Source: Thermodesulfobacteriota bacterium
GTDB lineage: Bacteria > Desulfobacterota > Desulfobulbia > Desulfobulbales > BM004
Direction: 5' to 3'
DNA: 28,863 bases
Assembly (NCBI GenBank): GCA_039714455.1
Contig: JBDLJI010000001.1
Coordinates: forward strand, 1-28,863
The position numbers and the translations under genes are program-made. Below, in pieces: positions 17,001-28,774 of this stretch (position 1 is the first letter of the stretch; each line of letters begins with the position of its first letter). Below the pieces are notes generated by a model that was not told where the DNA came from, did no database searches, and saw only the letters and a program-made list of their open reading frames with translations.

Positions 17001-18183
17001 GAAAAAGGGTGTCCGCGATGCACTGGGCGAATTGCTGGTGGGTAAGGTAGCTACGGCTTCCCTGAAAGGCAAGGATAAAAAGACGCTTCTGGCCAAGGGC
17101 AAGAAATTCACTCGGGAGATTGTTGAGCAGGCTGAATTTGCCAAACTGCATGAAATTGATTTTTCAGGCTGGAAGAAGGTGGGAGAAAAAGCTGAGTCCT
17201 TTTTTTCTCAATACCGTGAGCAGGCTAAGCTTGTCCGGGATCGCTATGAAGGCATCATAAACCGCCAGCGTAAGGGGGATGATCTTCCCCCGGGAGTTAT
17301 CCGCATGGTTAAGGTTTATGTCGCTGTAAAGCGGAAACTGGCAGTGGGTGACAAGATGGCAGGGCGCCATGGCAACAAGGGTGTCGTCTCCCGTATTTTA
17401 CCGATAGAGGATATGCCCCATTTTGCTGACGGAACACCTGTGGATATCGTGCTCAATCCACTGGGTGTGCCTTCACGTATGAACGTGGGCCAGGTGCTTG
17501 AAACTCATTTGGGCTGTGCTGCCAAGAAGCTGGGTGAACAGTTACAGCAGTTCGCGGAGCGTCATGAATTTGCTGAGGTGAAGAAGAAACTGAAAAAGAT
17601 TTATTCAGCTCAGGAATACAAAGAACTGACTAAGGGGATTTCTGATGATGAGCTTCTTGACAGGGCCAGGAAATATGAAGAAGGAGTTCATATCGCCACC
17701 CCGGTTTTTGATGGTGCTGCAGAAGCTGAGATCCGCAGCCTTTTGGTGGAAGCCGGTGTGGATGAAACCGGACAGTCCATACTGTATGATGGCTTGACCG
17801 GTAATCAATTTGATAGGCCGATAACGACAGGAACAATGTATATGTTGAAGCTGCATCATCTGGTTGATAATAAGATCCATGCCAGATCAACAGGTCCCTA
17901 CTCCCTGGTGACCCAGCAACCACTGGGCGGCAAGGCGCAGTTTGGTGGTCAGCGGCTCGGTGAGATGGAAGTCTGGGCCATGGAGGCATACGGAGCTGCT
18001 TATACTCTCAAAGAGTTTTTGACCGTCAAGTCTGATGATGTCGAAGGGAGAACGACCATGTATGAAAATCTGGTCAAAGGAAAGAATTTCCTGGAAACCG
18101 GGTTGCCCGAATCATTTCACGTTCTGGTTAAGGAACTCCAAGGCCTGTGCCTGGATGTTGAACTGTTAGACGAAGAAAAGTGA
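14089..18183 (+). CDS. rpoB: RNA polymerase beta subunit
   Basis: [53 protein letters not shown], 1364 aa. An alternative start at ATG 14098 is possible. Confidence 0.99.
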   Translation: MGTMNRVRKNFAKTTSIVEIPHLIEMQRISYEKFLQLHTAPDKREDVGLQGIFKNIFPISDFNGTCFLEFVRYNYGEPKYTVEECQERGMTFDVPIKITVRLVTYDTDADTGVQSIRDIKEQEVYLGSVPLMTRAGVFVVNGTERVIVSQLQRSPGLFYAHDNGKTHSSGKLLYSARIIPVRGSWIDLEFDVKDVLYVRIDRRRKFPVTTLLRALGYTSEELLALFYRTEKISVKRKKFKKEFDPEILLGQRAVQDIPDPKTGEVLVKKQRKISKALLKKMVEAKLKEFDIEREELLGKYLAQDLVDKSSGEVIAQLNSEITESVLDSILDAKIKKFEILFIDGTHVTDSFRKTLALDKVADTDEALLEIYRRLRPSSPPTLEVASSFFNNLFFNSATYDLSEVGRFKINARLKIDTDISVKTLTKEDIVESVRYLVRLKDEQGKVDDIDHLGNRRVRTVGELVENQYRIGLVRMERAIRERMTLQEVETLMPHDLINPKPITSAIKEFFGTSQLSQFMDQTNPLSEVTHKRRLSALGPGGLSRERAGFEVRDVHPTHYGRICPVETPEGPNIGLIVSLAAYARVNEFGFIETPYQKVVDRKITGDVVFLNAMAEKNELIAHAKVEMDKKGKIVADNLIAREEGEVIITSGDQITYVDVAPNQLVSVATALIPFLENDDANRALMGSNMQRQAVPLLRTSAPLIGTGLEKVVARDSGTCLLAGGEGVVEEVDATRIVVNYDEPGTDGFMTGVGVYRLSKFKKSNQNTCFTQKPLVYPGQRVTKGTVLADGPSCDQGELALGKNVTIAFMTWRGYNFEDSILLSERLLKDDTYTSVHVEVFETMARDTKLGKEEITRDIPNVGEEALRNLDESGIVRIGAEVKPGDPLVGKVTPKGETMLSPEEKLLRAIFGDKAGDVKDSSLRVPPGVEGVVIDAKVFSRKGVDKDERSLAIEDMEVDKLTKDMEDEIRCLKKGVRDALGELLVGKVATASLKGKDKKTLLAKGKKFTREIVEQAEFAKLHEIDFSGWKKVGEKAESFFSQYREQAKLVRDRYEGIINRQRKGDDLPPGVIRMVKVYVAVKRKLAVGDKMAGRHGNKGVVSRILPIEDMPHFADGTPVDIVLNPLGVPSRMNVGQVLETHLGCAAKKLGEQLQQFAERHEFAEVKKKLKKIYSAQEYKELTKGISDDELLDRARKYEEGVHIATPVFDGAAEAEIRSLLVEAGVDETGQSILYDGLTGNQFDRPITTGTMYMLKLHHLVDNKIHARSTGPYSLVTQQPLGGKAQFGGQRLGEMEVWAMEAYGAAYTLKEFLTVKSDDVEGRTTMYENLVKGKNFLETGLPESFHVLVKELQGLCLDVELLDEEK

Positions 18184-18236
18184 TACTTAATAAATAAACG
18201 GCTTATTGCCTTTTACTTCAATAGATAGGAGCTGAC

Positions 18237-21200
18237 GTGGAAGAACTGTTTAGCTTTTTTGCTAAAGCCAAGAAACCTGTAAGTTTCAATTCTGTAAGAA
18301 TTTCTCTTGCTTCTCCAGGCAAAATTCGGGACTGGTCCCATGGAGAAGTGAAAAAACCGGAGACCATAAACTACCGGACTTTCAAGCCGGAAAGAGATGG
18401 CCTGTTCTGTGCCAAAATTTTCGGACCTGTTAAAGATTATGAGTGTAATTGCGGCAAGTATAAGCGCATGAAGCACCGTGGTGTGGTCTGTGAAAAGTGT
18501 GGTGTCGAGGTTATCCAGTCCAAGGTCCGGCGTGAAAGACTTGGGCATATCGAACTGGCTGCACCAGTGGCCCATATCTGGTTTCTGAAGAGTTTGCCGA
18601 CCAAGATTGGCAACCTGCTTGACATGACCTTAAAGCAGCTGGAAAAAATCCTTTATTTTGAGGCCTACGTAGTAACAAGTTCTGAAGTGGATGGCCTGCT
18701 TCCCGGTTTGTTGTTAAACGAGGGGGAGTACCGCGTTAAACTTGAAGAACACGCTGATCAGTTTACAGTGGGTATCGGTGCAGAGGCCATCAGGGAACTA
18801 CTCAAGTCCATCAATCTCGTGGAACTTTCAGCTACCATTCGCGAGGAGATGCGCTCCACAGGTTCTGAAACTAAACGAACCAAACTGGGTAAAAGGCTGA
18901 AGGTTGTTGAGGCATTTCGTGACTCTGGCAACAGGCCTGAATGGATGATCCTGGAAGTGATCCCGGTTTTGCCACCGGATTTGCGGCCTTTGGTGCCTCT
19001 TGAGGGTGGACGTTTTGCAACGTCTGATCTTAATGATCTCTATCGGAGGGTCATCAACCGGAACAACAGGCTGAAAAGACTTCTTGAGCTTGATGCCCCG
19101 GATATCATTGTACGCAATGAAAAACGCATGCTGCAGGAAGCTGTTGATGTGCTTTTTGATAACGGCAGGCGCGGCAGGGTTATCACGGGTCCCAATAAAA
19201 GACCGCTCAAGTCTTTCAGTGATATGCTCAAGGGCAAGCAGGGACGTTTCCGCCAGAATCTCCTTGGCAAGAGGGTCGATTATTCCGGGCGTTCGGTTAT
19301 TGTTGCCGGGCCGCATCTACGGCTGCACCAGTGCGGTATTCCCAAGAAGATGGCACTGGAGTTGTTTAAGCCTTTTATTTACAACAAACTGGAACTCCTT
19401 GGTTACGTAACGACCATCAAGAGTGCTCGCAAGATGGTGGAGAAGGGCACCAAGGAAGTTTGGGATGTCCTGGAGGATGTGGTAACCGAGTATCCTGTTA
19501 TTCTCAACCGTGCTCCGACCCTTCATCGTCTTGGCATGCAGGCCTTTGAAGCTGTCCTGATTGAGGGAAAGGCAATCCAGCTTCATCCATTGGTATGCAT
19601 GGCATTCAACGCCGATTTTGACGGCGACCAGATGGCTGTACATTTGCCCTTATCTGTTGAGGCCCAGACCGAAGCCCGGGTGCTGATGATGTCTACGAAC
19701 AATATTCTCTCGCCTGCCAACGGCGGTCCGGTCATCATCCCGACCCAGGATATAGTTCTTGGTCTGTATTACATGACCAGAGAGAAGGTTTTCGCCAAAG
19801 GCGAGGGAAAATGTTTTTCTTCAATTGATGAAGCAAGGGTAGCATACGATCAGGACGCGGCGGAATTGCATGCCAAGGTCAAGGTCCGCATCGACGGACA
19901 GCTGGTGGAAACCACCATCGGCCGGATTCTGCTCAGTGAATTGTTGCCGGCCAATGTGCCTTTCAGCGTGATCAACAAGATCATGACCAAGAAGGAACTG
20001 GCCTGGTTGATTGATTATACGTATCGGAATGCCGGGACTAAGGAAACTGTCATCCTCGCAGACCGTCTGAAGGATATGGGGTATGAATATGCCACCCTTG
20101 CTGGAATATCTGTCTGTGTAAATGACATGATAATTCCGGTCAACAAGGAAGATATTCTGGCCAAAGCGGAAAACCAGGTGCTTGATGTTGAAAGTCAGTA
20201 TACGGATGGCCTGATTACTGTGGGTGAAAAATACAACAAGGTAATAGATGTTTGGTCAAAGGCCACTGAGTCAGTAGCTAAAGAAATGATGGATGAGATG
20301 AGTGTTGATTACTTCCGCGGTCCTGATAAGAAAGTTGTGGAGGCGTCGAGTTTTAATCCCATTTTTATCATGGCTGACTCAGGTGCCAGGGGCAGCAAGG
20401 ATCAGATCCGTCAGCTGGCTGGTATGCGGGGCCTGATGGCCAAACCGTCTGGTGCCATCATCGAGTCGCCTATTAAGGCTAACTTCCGGGAAGGCCTTGG
20501 CGTGTTGGAGTATTTTATATCAACTCACGGTGCCCGTAAAGGTCTGGCAGATACAGCACTTAAAACAGCAAACTCCGGATACCTTACGAGAAGGCTGGTC
20601 GATGTAGCCCAGGATTCAACCATTATTGAAACGGACTGTAATACCATTGATGGTACCTGGGCCGAGCCTCTCATGGAAGGTGGTGAGGTAATTCAGCGGG
20701 TTGGTGAGCGTATTCTTGGACGTGTCGCCCTTGAAGATATCTATGATCCATTTTCCGATGAATTGCTTGTTGCCGCCAATGAGCAGATCACAGAAGAGAA
20801 GGTCGAAATAATTGAGGCGGCCGGCATTGACCGTGTCTTGATCCGTTCAGTGCTCAGCTGCCGCTCCAAGAGGGGTGTTTGCGCCATGTGCTATGGTCGT
20901 GATCTAGGGCGTGGACATATGGTCAACCTGGGTGAAGCCATCGGCATTATTGCTGCACAGTCTATTGGTGAGCCTGGAACACAGCTTACCATGCGGACTT
21001 TCCATATTGGAGGTACAGCAAGCCGGCGCGTAGAATCGGCTGAAATCCGTACCCAGTATGGTGGCGAAATTAAATTCCACGATATCCATTATGTTAAAAA
21101 TGATAAAGGCAGAATGGTTGTCATGAACCGTAATGGTGTCATGTCAATCCATGCGGCTGATGGTCGGGAACGCGAGCGCTACCAGGTCAACTATGGAGCC

Positions 21201-22325
21201 CAGCTGTTAGTTGATGAGGACCAGCAGGTCGAGCCCGGCACCATTCTTGCTGACTGGGACCCGTATACCATACCCATTGTCTGTGAGGTTGGAGGTGTCG
21301 TTAAGTATGGTGATATAGCTGAAGGATCAACCATGCAGGAACGTGTTGACCCGGTTATCGGTAAAGCGAGCAAGGTAATTGTCCAGTCACGTTTAAGCGG
21401 TGATATGAATCCGCGCATCACAGTCAAAGACAAGCGCGGCAGAACACTTAAGCTGCCGGGAACAGGTTCCCCGGCCCGTTATTCCTTGCCGGTTGGCTCT
21501 ATTATTTCCGTTAACGAAGGAGATACGATCCAACCAGGTGCCGTTGTAGGAAAGATTCCGAGAGAAACAACCAAGACCAAGGATATTACAGGCGGTCTGC
21601 CAAGGGTTGCCGAGCTTTTCGAAGTACGTAAACCCAAGGATCATGCTATTATCACAGAAATTGACGGCCGGGTCTCCTTTGGTAAAGACCTTAAGGGCAA
21701 ACGGCGGGTTGTTATCACGCCTGATATTGGTGAGCCCAAGGAATATCTGATACCAAAAGCCAAGCATGTCAGCGTCCATGAGGCTGACTATGTAAAAGCA
21801 GGTGAACCTTTGATGGATGGTTCACCACTCCCCAATGACATTCTTCGTGTGCTTGGCGTCAAGGAGCTGTCACGTTTCCTGGTGAATGAGATTCAGGAGG
21901 TTTACCGTTTGCAGGGCGTTAAGATCAATGACAAGCATATTGAGGTTATTGTGCGGCAGATGCTGCGTCGGGTCCAGATAAGCGATCCGGGTGACTCCAC
22001 TTTCATGCTCGGTGAGCAGGTCGAATGGTGGGTTTTCGAAGAGGAGAATGAGAGGATCATTAAGGAGAATGAGAAGATCATTAGCCCGAGTGAAAAGAAG
22101 AAACCTGCAGTTGCAGAATCGTTACTTCTCGGTGTGACAAAAGCTTCCCTCTCCACTGACAGTTTTATTTCTGCCGCTTCCTTTCAGGAGACTACGAAGG
22201 TCCTGACAAATGCCGCCATGGCAGGTAAAGTAGACAGGCTCCTTGGGCTCAAGGAAAATGTGATCATGGGAAGGTTGGTTCCTGCGGGCACCGGTTTGTC
22301 TCAATACCGTATCGAGGGAAAATAG
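18237..22325 (+). CDS. rpoC: RNA polymerase beta' subunit (GTG start)
   Basis: Zn ribbon CNCGK...CEKC, catalytic [41 protein letters not shown] at 18228-18232. Confidence 0.99.
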   Translation: MEELFSFFAKAKKPVSFNSVRISLASPGKIRDWSHGEVKKPETINYRTFKPERDGLFCAKIFGPVKDYECNCGKYKRMKHRGVVCEKCGVEVIQSKVRRERLGHIELAAPVAHIWFLKSLPTKIGNLLDMTLKQLEKILYFEAYVVTSSEVDGLLPGLLLNEGEYRVKLEEHADQFTVGIGAEAIRELLKSINLVELSATIREEMRSTGSETKRTKLGKRLKVVEAFRDSGNRPEWMILEVIPVLPPDLRPLVPLEGGRFATSDLNDLYRRVINRNNRLKRLLELDAPDIIVRNEKRMLQEAVDVLFDNGRRGRVITGPNKRPLKSFSDMLKGKQGRFRQNLLGKRVDYSGRSVIVAGPHLRLHQCGIPKKMALELFKPFIYNKLELLGYVTTIKSARKMVEKGTKEVWDVLEDVVTEYPVILNRAPTLHRLGMQAFEAVLIEGKAIQLHPLVCMAFNADFDGDQMAVHLPLSVEAQTEARVLMMSTNNILSPANGGPVIIPTQDIVLGLYYMTREKVFAKGEGKCFSSIDEARVAYDQDAAELHAKVKVRIDGQLVETTIGRILLSELLPANVPFSVINKIMTKKELAWLIDYTYRNAGTKETVILADRLKDMGYEYATLAGISVCVNDMIIPVNKEDILAKAENQVLDVESQYTDGLITVGEKYNKVIDVWSKATESVAKEMMDEMSVDYFRGPDKKVVEASSFNPIFIMADSGARGSKDQIRQLAGMRGLMAKPSGAIIESPIKANFREGLGVLEYFISTHGARKGLADTALKTANSGYLTRRLVDVAQDSTIIETDCNTIDGTWAEPLMEGGEVIQRVGERILGRVALEDIYDPFSDELLVAANEQITEEKVEIIEAAGIDRVLIRSVLSCRSKRGVCAMCYGRDLGRGHMVNLGEAIGIIAAQSIGEPGTQLTMRTFHIGGTASRRVESAEIRTQYGGEIKFHDIHYVKNDKGRMVVMNRNGVMSIHAADGRERERYQVNYGAQLLVDEDQQVEPGTILADWDPYTIPIVCEVGGVVKYGDIAEGSTMQERVDPVIGKASKVIVQSRLSGDMNPRITVKDKRGRTLKLPGTGSPARYSLPVGSIISVNEGDTIQPGAVVGKIPRETTKTKDITGGLPRVAELFEVRKPKDHAIITEIDGRVSFGKDLKGKRRVVITPDIGEPKEYLIPKAKHVSVHEADYVKAGEPLMDGSPLPNDILRVLGVKELSRFLVNEIQEVYRLQGVKINDKHIEVIVRQMLRRVQISDPGDSTFMLGEQVEWWVFEEENERIIKENEKIISPSEKKKPAVAESLLLGVTKASLSTDSFISAASFQETTKVLTNAAMAGKVDRLLGLKENVIMGRLVPAGTGLSQYRIEGK

Positions 22326-22350
22326 TGGACAACAGGAATCAAGATTATTC

Positions 22351-22379
22351 TTGACAAGAAAGGTTATGTAAGGTATCTA
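22351..22379 (+). promoter_or_regulatory. Candidate sigma70 promoter of the str operon (TTGACA-N17-TATCTA)
   Basis: Perfect -35 at 22351-22356 and a -10-like hexamer at 22374-22379, about 185 nt before rpsL. Confidence 0.6.
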
Positions 22380-22563
22380 TTTTCGTCTTTTGGGATGTGC
22401 AAAATTTGTACCTTCATAAAGGGTCTCTCTGTCATCAACGGGGCCTAAAAAAATATTAGGCCACTGGAGAGAAACCAGTCCGTCGAGTGTCTTTTGCGAG
22501 ATCGACAAAATTAACAGGTTTAAAAACCGATAACTAAATATATTTTTACAGGAGTTGGAAGCA

Positions 22564-22935
22564 ATGCCAACCATTAATCAACTGGTAAGACATGGCCGCA
22601 AGGTGGCCAAGAAAAGAAGCGACACTCCGGCGCTCAAGGGCGCCCCTCAGAAAAGGGGAGTGTGTGTCCGCGTCTATACAACTACACCCAAAAAACCAAA
22701 CTCGGCGCTTCGAAAAGTTGCCAGGGTAAGGTTGACCAATGGTATGGAGGTTACCTCTTATATTCCAGGAATTGGTCACAATCTGCAGGAGCACTCTGTA
22801 GTTCTGATCCGTGGTGGCAGGGTAAAGGATCTTCCCGGTGTCCGCTATCATGTTGTACGTGGTACTCTTGATGCTTTGGGTGTTACGGACCGGCGTCAGG
22901 GTCGTTCCAAATACGGAGCCAAACGGCCGAAATAG
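22564..22935 (+). CDS. rpsL: 30S ribosomal protein S12
   Basis: [29 protein letters not shown]. Start moved from TTG 22555 to ATG 22564, SD AGGAG at 22550-22554. Confidence 0.99.
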   Translation: MPTINQLVRHGRKVAKKRSDTPALKGAPQKRGVCVRVYTTTPKKPNSALRKVARVRLTNGMEVTSYIPGIGHNLQEHSVVLIRGGRVKDLPGVRYHVVRGTLDALGVTDRRQGRSKYGAKRPK

Positions 22936-22972
22936 TTTAAGGATAATTGACGTTTTAGGAGGTTTATTTTAG

Positions 22973-23446
22973 ATGCCCAGGCGTAAGATTACAGAAAAGC
23001 GAACCATTGAACCGGATCCCCGCTATAACAGTGTGCTGGTAAGTAAATTTACCCATGGGATCATGGAGCGCGGTAAAAAAAGCGTAGCCCAGAAAATTTT
23101 TTACGGAGCTATGGATATTATAGGCGAACAGGTCACCGATGCTGAACCGATTGCTGTCTTTGACAAGGCCATGGAGATGGTGCGGCCTAAAGTTGAAGTG
23201 AAATCGAGGCGAGTTGGTGGTGCAACCTATCAGGTTCCCGTTGAAGTCCGGCCGGAACGCAGAAATGCTTTGGCAATCAGGTGGATTATCAGCTTTGCCA
23301 AGGCCCGTTCAGGCAAGACGATGCCTGAAAAACTCGCAGCAGAACTTCTGGATGCCTATAATGAACGTGGCGGTTCGGTCAAGAAACGGGATGATACGCA
23401 CCGTATGGCAGAAGCTAACAAGGCCTTTGCCCATTACAGGTGGTAA
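22973..23446 (+). CDS. rpsG: 30S ribosomal protein S7
   Basis: [38 protein letters not shown]. Confidence 0.99.
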   Translation: MPRRKITEKRTIEPDPRYNSVLVSKFTHGIMERGKKSVAQKIFYGAMDIIGEQVTDAEPIAVFDKAMEMVRPKVEVKSRRVGGATYQVPVEVRPERRNALAIRWIISFAKARSGKTMPEKLAAELLDAYNERGGSVKKRDDTHRMAEANKAFAHYRW

Positions 23447-23480
23447 AAAGAATTTAATTAACTCAGTTGGATTTAGTGAA

Positions 23481-23510
23481 TTGACAAAAGGCTCGGCTTA
23501 GAGTAACAAT
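23481..23510 (+). promoter_or_regulatory. Candidate internal promoter upstream of fusA (TTGACA-N17-TAACAA or N18-AACAAT)
   Basis: Perfect -35 at 23481-23486 and -10-like TAACAAT at 23504-23510 in the 152-nt rpsG-fusA gap. Confidence 0.5.
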
Positions 23511-23598
23511 GGCCACCTTTTGACTAGTGTAGGAAACGGTGTCTCGGCAAATCAATTAACTTCAGAAAGGAAACTTAACTTGAGGAAAGAAATAATCC

Positions 23599-25677
23599 GT
23601 GGCAGCCGATTTTCCTCTTGCCAAACTTCGAAACATTGGGATTATGGCCCATATCGATGCCGGCAAGACCACTACAACAGAGAGGATATTATATTATAGC
23701 GGTCGCTCATATAAAATGGGCGAGGTCCATGAAGGCACTGCAGTCATGGACTGGATGGAACAGGAGCAGGAGCGCGGCATTACAATTACTTCAGCCGCCA
23801 CAACCTGTACCTGGGATAACCATAAAATAAATATAATAGATACCCCGGGGCATGTGGATTTTACCATTGAGGTGGAACGCAGTCTCAGGGTGCTGGATGG
23901 CTCCATAGCTATCTTTTGTGCGGTTGGCGGGGTTGAGCCCCAGTCTGAAACCGTTTGGCGGCAAGCCGATCATTATCGTGTCCCGCGTATTGCCTTTGTG
24001 AACAAGATGGACCGCATAGGCGCTGATTATTGGAATTGCGTGGCAATGATGAAGGAGCGGCTCGGAGCCAACCCACTGCCGATTCAGATCCCGATAGGCA
24101 GTGAAGCCGGCTTTAGGGGGGTCATTGACCTCATAACAGAAAAAATGCTGGTTTTCGACGAAGAGTCGAAGGGGTCGCAATATACAGAAGAAGATATCCC
24201 AGAAGAATTCACCGAGGAATCTTCGGCCGTCCGTATGACGCTCCTCGAGAAGTTGGCCGACTTCGATGAGGAGGTCATGGAAAAATACTTGGAAGAGCAG
24301 CCAGTATCTGCTGATGTGCTTTACAAGGCGGTAAGAAATGCAACGCTCAAGCTGCAATTGGTACCTGTACTCTGTGGCAGCGCCTTTAAGAATAAAGGAG
24401 TACAGCCCCTGCTTGATGCAGTGATTGCCTATTTGCCATCGCCTTTGGATGTGCCGCCGGTGGAAGGGGTCAACAGTAAAGACGAAGTTGAGACCCGCAA
24501 GGCAAGTAAAGCAGAAAATTTCTGTGGATTGGCCTTTAAAATTGTCTCGGACCCCTTTGTGGGAAACCTGGCATTTGTCAGGGTTTATTCCGGAGTTTTG
24601 AAGGTTGGCAGCCGGGTTTATAATCCGGAAAAAAGAAAAAAAGAGAAGATCGGCCGGATCGTTAAACTGCATGCCAATAAAAGGGAAGATGTGCAGACAA
24701 TCTCTGCCGGAGATATAGGGGCTCTTGTTGGATTGCGTTTCACCACAACGGGAGACACCCTCTGTCAATCAGGGGATTCAATTCGGCTTGAGACCATAGA
24801 TTTTCCGGAACCGGTTATATCTATTGCCATTGAACCGAAAAGCAAGGCTGATGAGGAAAAACTTCAAGAGAGCCTTGACAAGATAGAAAAGGAAGACCCG
24901 TCGTTTCATGTAAAGACGGATGAAGATACAGGCCAGACAATAATTTCCGGAATGGGTGAACTCCATCTCGAAGTAATCGTTGATCGTCTGGTACGAGAGT
25001 TTAAGGTAGCAGCTAATATCGGCAAACCGCAGGTTGCCTATAAAGAGAGTATAGATGCTGCTGCAAGAGCTGAAGGCAAATTTGAGCATCTAGCTGCAGG
25101 GAAACAGCAATACGGCCAAGTATGGCTTGAGCTTAAGTCGGCTGAACGAGGAACTGGATTTACTTTTGAGAGTCGCATTACCTCTGAACAGGTTCCGGCC
25201 CAGTTTATTGAAGCCATCAAGCGAGGAGTGAAGGACAGTCTTGATTCGGGTCCACTGATAGGTTTTCCGCTGGTAGATTTGCATGTGGCACTGGTAGACG
25301 GCTCTTACCATGAGGAAGACTCTACCGAAATGGCTTTTGGTGTTGCTGCAACCATGGCCATGCGAAAGGGGGCGGCTGAAGCAAGTCCCATACTTCTTGA
25401 GCCTATAATGGATCTTGAGGTAATTGTGCCCGATGACTATCTCGGTGATGTGATGAGTGATCTCAATTCCAAACGGGCTAAAATAAACGGTGTTGAGAGT
25501 CGGAAGAACTACCAGGTAGTAAAGGCACATGTGCCGCTGGCTGAAATGTTTGGTTACTCAACGGATTTACGGTCGGCCACCCAGGGTAGAGCGACGTTCA
25601 CCATGCAGTTTGTATCCTATGATCAGGTGCCTGAGAAAAAAGCAGAAGCTATAATCCACCGGATACGGGGGATTTGA
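23599..25677 (+). CDS. fusA: Elongation factor G family protein (str-operon copy, divergent domain IV; GTG start)
   Basis: [46 protein letters not shown], 692 aa, between rpsG and tuf. Confidence 0.97.
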   Translation: MAADFPLAKLRNIGIMAHIDAGKTTTTERILYYSGRSYKMGEVHEGTAVMDWMEQEQERGITITSAATTCTWDNHKINIIDTPGHVDFTIEVERSLRVLDGSIAIFCAVGGVEPQSETVWRQADHYRVPRIAFVNKMDRIGADYWNCVAMMKERLGANPLPIQIPIGSEAGFRGVIDLITEKMLVFDEESKGSQYTEEDIPEEFTEESSAVRMTLLEKLADFDEEVMEKYLEEQPVSADVLYKAVRNATLKLQLVPVLCGSAFKNKGVQPLLDAVIAYLPSPLDVPPVEGVNSKDEVETRKASKAENFCGLAFKIVSDPFVGNLAFVRVYSGVLKVGSRVYNPEKRKKEKIGRIVKLHANKREDVQTISAGDIGALVGLRFTTTGDTLCQSGDSIRLETIDFPEPVISIAIEPKSKADEEKLQESLDKIEKEDPSFHVKTDEDTGQTIISGMGELHLEVIVDRLVREFKVAANIGKPQVAYKESIDAAARAEGKFEHLAAGKQQYGQVWLELKSAERGTGFTFESRITSEQVPAQFIEAIKRGVKDSLDSGPLIGFPLVDLHVALVDGSYHEEDSTEMAFGVAATMAMRKGAAEASPILLEPIMDLEVIVPDDYLGDVMSDLNSKRAKINGVESRKNYQVVKAHVPLAEMFGYSTDLRSATQGRATFTMQFVSYDQVPEKKAEAIIHRIRGI

Positions 25678-25749
25678 TATAAAAAATAGAAAATAAAGAG
25701 GAAATTTAGGAAACTTTATAACAGTAAATAGATATTTGAGTTTCAGAAT

Positions 25750-25780
25750 TGTCGGCATCGTTAAAAACATGATGCCGACA
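25750..25780 (+). other. Hairpin in the fusA-tuf spacer
   Basis: TGTCGGCATC (25750-25759) pairs perfectly with GATGCCGACA (25771-25780). No U-tract follows. Confidence 0.5.
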
Positions 25781-25784
25781 GGTA

Positions 25785-25813
25785 TTGCGCATATAACCTG
25801 TTGATTTTATCAG
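25785..25813 (+). promoter_or_regulatory. Weak candidate promoter for tuf2-S10 (TTGCGC-N17-TATCAG)
   Basis: TTGCGC at 25785-25790 and TATCAG at 25808-25813 in a 194-nt AT-rich spacer. By eye only. Confidence 0.3.
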
Positions 25814-25871
25814 GCCCTGTTGATGCCTGAGAGACTTTTTACGAAATCATCATAATTGGGGGTATAGAAAA

Positions 25872-27062
25872 ATGGCAAAGGAAAAATTTGAGCGAACGAA
25901 ACCGCATGTAAACGTAGGGACGATTGGTCATATCGATCATGGTAAGACTACGTTGACCGCCGCAATCACTCGCGTGTTATCGACCAAGGGCCAGGCAAGC
26001 TTTACAGCCTTTGACGAGATTGACAAAGCACCTGAAGAGAAAGAGCGCGGCATCACAATTGCAACAGCGCACGTGGAGTATGAGACAGACAATCGTCATT
26101 ATGCGCATGTTGACTGTCCTGGTCATGCTGACTACATCAAGAACATGATCACGGGTGCAGCGCAGATGGACGGCGCGATTCTGGTAGTTGGAGCCGACGA
26201 CGGTCCGATGCCTCAGACCCGTGAGCACATCCTGCTTGCCCGCCAGGTAGGTGTCCCTGCGATTGTAGTATTTTTAAACAAGTGCGACATGGTAGACGAT
26301 CCTGAGCTGATTGAGCTTGTGGACATGGAGCTTCGTGAGCTTTTAGACAAGTATGAGTTCCCGGGCGACGACACGCCGATCATCCAGGGCAGCGCCTTAA
26401 AAGCTTTGGAGAATCCTGAAGACGAGGCAGCTACCAAGTGCATTTTTGAGTTGATGGACGCAGTTGATTCATTCATTCCTGAGCCTCAGCGCGATGTAGA
26501 CAAACCGTTTTTGATGCCGGTCGAGGATGTTTTCTCAATTTCCGGACGCGGTACAGTGGCTACGGGTCGTGTAGAGCGAGGCGTAATCAAGGTAGGCGAG
26601 GAAGTAGAGATCGTCGGCATCAAGGATACCGAGAAGACCACGGTAACCGGTGTTGAGATGTTCCGTAAGCTTTTGGACCAGGGTCAGGCAGGGGACAACA
26701 TTGGTGCGCTTCTTCGTGGAGTCAAGCGTGAGGATATTGAGCGCGGCCAGGTATTGGCAGCTCCCGGTTCCATTACCCCGCATACGAAGTTCAAGGCTGA
26801 GGGCTATATTTTAACAAAAGAGGAAGGTGGTCGTCATACACCGTTCTTCAATGGCTATCGCCCTCAGTTTTATTTCCGTACAACAGACGTGACCGGAATC
26901 GTAACACTGCCCGAGGGCGTAGAGATGGTAATGCCCGGTGACAATGTATCGATTGAAGGTACGTTGATCACCCCGATCGCCATGGAAAAAGAGCTTCGTT
27001 TTGCAATTCGTGAAGGCGGCCGTACGGTTGGTGCAGGCGTTATCAGCGAAATTATCGAATAG
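25872..27062 (+). CDS. tuf: Elongation factor Tu (copy 2, str-operon tufA-type locus)
   Basis: Protein identical to copy 1, follows fusA and precedes rpsJ. Confidence 0.99.
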   Translation: MAKEKFERTKPHVNVGTIGHIDHGKTTLTAAITRVLSTKGQASFTAFDEIDKAPEEKERGITIATAHVEYETDNRHYAHVDCPGHADYIKNMITGAAQMDGAILVVGADDGPMPQTREHILLARQVGVPAIVVFLNKCDMVDDPELIELVDMELRELLDKYEFPGDDTPIIQGSALKALENPEDEAATKCIFELMDAVDSFIPEPQRDVDKPFLMPVEDVFSISGRGTVATGRVERGVIKVGEEVEIVGIKDTEKTTVTGVEMFRKLLDQGQAGDNIGALLRGVKREDIERGQVLAAPGSITPHTKFKAEGYILTKEEGGRHTPFFNGYRPQFYFRTTDVTGIVTLPEGVEMVMPGDNVSIEGTLITPIAMEKELRFAIREGGRTVGAGVISEIIE

Positions 27063-27067
27063 GAAAA
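25872..27067 (+). repeat. 1196-bp direct repeat, copy 2 (tuf CDS plus 5 nt)
   Basis: Identical by manual comparison to 8650-9845, offset 17222 bp. Confidence 0.93.
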
Positions 27068-27076
27068 TAAACGATC

Positions 27077-27391
27077 ATGGTTACTACTGATAAAATCCGA
27101 ATAAAGCTGAAGGGATATGATCATAAACTGCTGGATCAGTCCACTAAGGAAATCGTAGAGACGGCAAAGCGAACCGGTGCTACCGTAGCGGGTCCGATTC
27201 CCATGCCGACGACAATCAACAAGTTTTGTGTTCTGCGTTCACCGCATGTGGATAAGAAGTCCAGGGAGCAGTTTGAAATGCGGACGCATCGTCGGTTGCT
27301 TGATATCCTGGAGCCGACCCAGCAGACCATAGACTCCCTGATGAAGTTGGAACTATCGGCTGGTGTCGATGTAGAGATCAAACTGCCATAA
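27077..27391 (+). CDS. rpsJ: 30S ribosomal protein S10
   Basis: [38 protein letters not shown]. Confidence 0.99.
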   Translation: MVTTDKIRIKLKGYDHKLLDQSTKEIVETAKRTGATVAGPIPMPTTINKFCVLRSPHVDKKSREQFEMRTHRRLLDILEPTQQTIDSLMKLELSAGVDVEIKLP

Positions 27392-27479
27392 TTTGGGGAG
27401 TGATTCCCGGGGCTTGAGGTGATTAGAGCTAAACCCGGTTGTTAAGCAGTTAAATTTAAAGAAGTGAGTGTACAGAACA

Positions 27480-28109
27480 ATGCCGAATACAATGGGATTG
27501 CTTGGTAAGAAAATTGGAATGACCAGAATCTACTCTGAGCAGGGGCAGGCTATACCTGTGACAGTTATAGAGGCAGGTCCATGCGTGGTTCTTCAGAAAA
27601 AAACCGAGGCCAAGGAAGGCTATAATGCTATCCAGGTAGGTTTTGGATCCAAGAAGGAATCACGAATAAATAAGCCGGAGGCGGGGCATTGCAAAGCTGC
27701 TGCCAAGGGTGGATTTTATCATATTAAGGAGTTCAAGGTCACGGATACTGAAGCGTATGAACTTGGCCAGGAAATTGAGCTTGCCGAGATAGTCAAGATT
27801 GGAGACGAAGTCCATATCAGTGGCAAGAGTAAGGGCCGTGGATTCCAGGGTGTCATTAAAAGGTACGGTTTTAAGGGCGGCAGGAAGACCCATGGCTCGA
27901 ATTTTCACAGGCGTCCGGGGTCGATCGGCTGTTCCGCCACGCCCAGTCGTGTGCTTAAAGGCAAGAAGATGCCCGGCCGTATGGGTGGTGAACTGTTAAC
28001 TAAAAAGAACCTGACCGTAGTAGATGTTCGTGCTGATGAGAACATCATGCTGGTCAAAGGATCTGTGCCGGGTGCCAAACAGGGACTTCTGCAGATCTAT
28101 ATTAAATAA
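27480..28109 (+). CDS. rplC: 50S ribosomal protein L3
   Basis: LGKKIGMT, SKGRGFQG, THGSNFHRRPGSIG, KKMPGRMG. ATG 27480 preferred over in-frame GTG 27468, but the start is uncertain. Confidence 0.97.
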   Translation: MPNTMGLLGKKIGMTRIYSEQGQAIPVTVIEAGPCVVLQKKTEAKEGYNAIQVGFGSKKESRINKPEAGHCKAAAKGGFYHIKEFKVTDTEAYELGQEIELAEIVKIGDEVHISGKSKGRGFQGVIKRYGFKGGRKTHGSNFHRRPGSIGCSATPSRVLKGKKMPGRMGGELLTKKNLTVVDVRADENIMLVKGSVPGAKQGLLQIYIK

Positions 28110-28150
28110 AGGGTTAGTCGCTAAAAGCGGCTGTTTGAGGAGAACTCAAA

Positions 28151-28774
28151 ATGGCAGTAACAGAGGTATACAATACCGATAATAAAAAAGTTGGAGAGGT
28201 CGAATTGAATGATGCCCTCTTTGGACTTGAGGTCAAAAAGCACATTCTGCATGATGTTGTAAAGATGCAGTTGGCCAACCGACGGGCCGGCACTGCTAGT
28301 ACAAAGACCAGAACCGAAGTGCGCGGCGGTGGTGCAAAGCCCTATCGTCAGAAAGGGACAGGCCGGGCCCGCGCCGGTACAAACAACTCTCCGTTATGGC
28401 GAGGCGGCGGCGTGACTTTTGGACCGAAACCGAGGGATTACAGCTACAAGCTGCCCAAGAAGGTCCGCAGGCTCGGTGTGCGTATGGCGCTCAGCGCTAG
28501 ATTCTCGGAGGATAACATGGTTGTCCTTGATGGTTTTGATCTTGCCGATATAAAGACTAAGCAGTTTGTTGAGATCATGAAGAAGCTTAACATCGAAAAC
28601 GGGTTGATTGTAATTCCTGGGAAAAATGAGAACCTGGAAAAATCCTCCCGCAACGTACAAGGTTATAAAGTGATTCAGGCTGACGGTCTTAATGTCTATG
28701 ATATATTGCTGCATCGCCGGCTTGTTTTGCTGCAGCCATGCCTGGGTCAGCTGGAAGAGAGGTTGTTGTCATGA
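28151..28774 (+). CDS. rplD: 50S ribosomal protein L4
   Basis: [46 protein letters not shown]. Confidence 0.98.
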   Translation: MAVTEVYNTDNKKVGEVELNDALFGLEVKKHILHDVVKMQLANRRAGTASTKTRTEVRGGGAKPYRQKGTGRARAGTNNSPLWRGGGVTFGPKPRDYSYKLPKKVRRLGVRMALSARFSEDNMVVLDGFDLADIKTKQFVEIMKKLNIENGLIVIPGKNENLEKSSRNVQGYKVIQADGLNVYDILLHRRLVLLQPCLGQLEERLLS

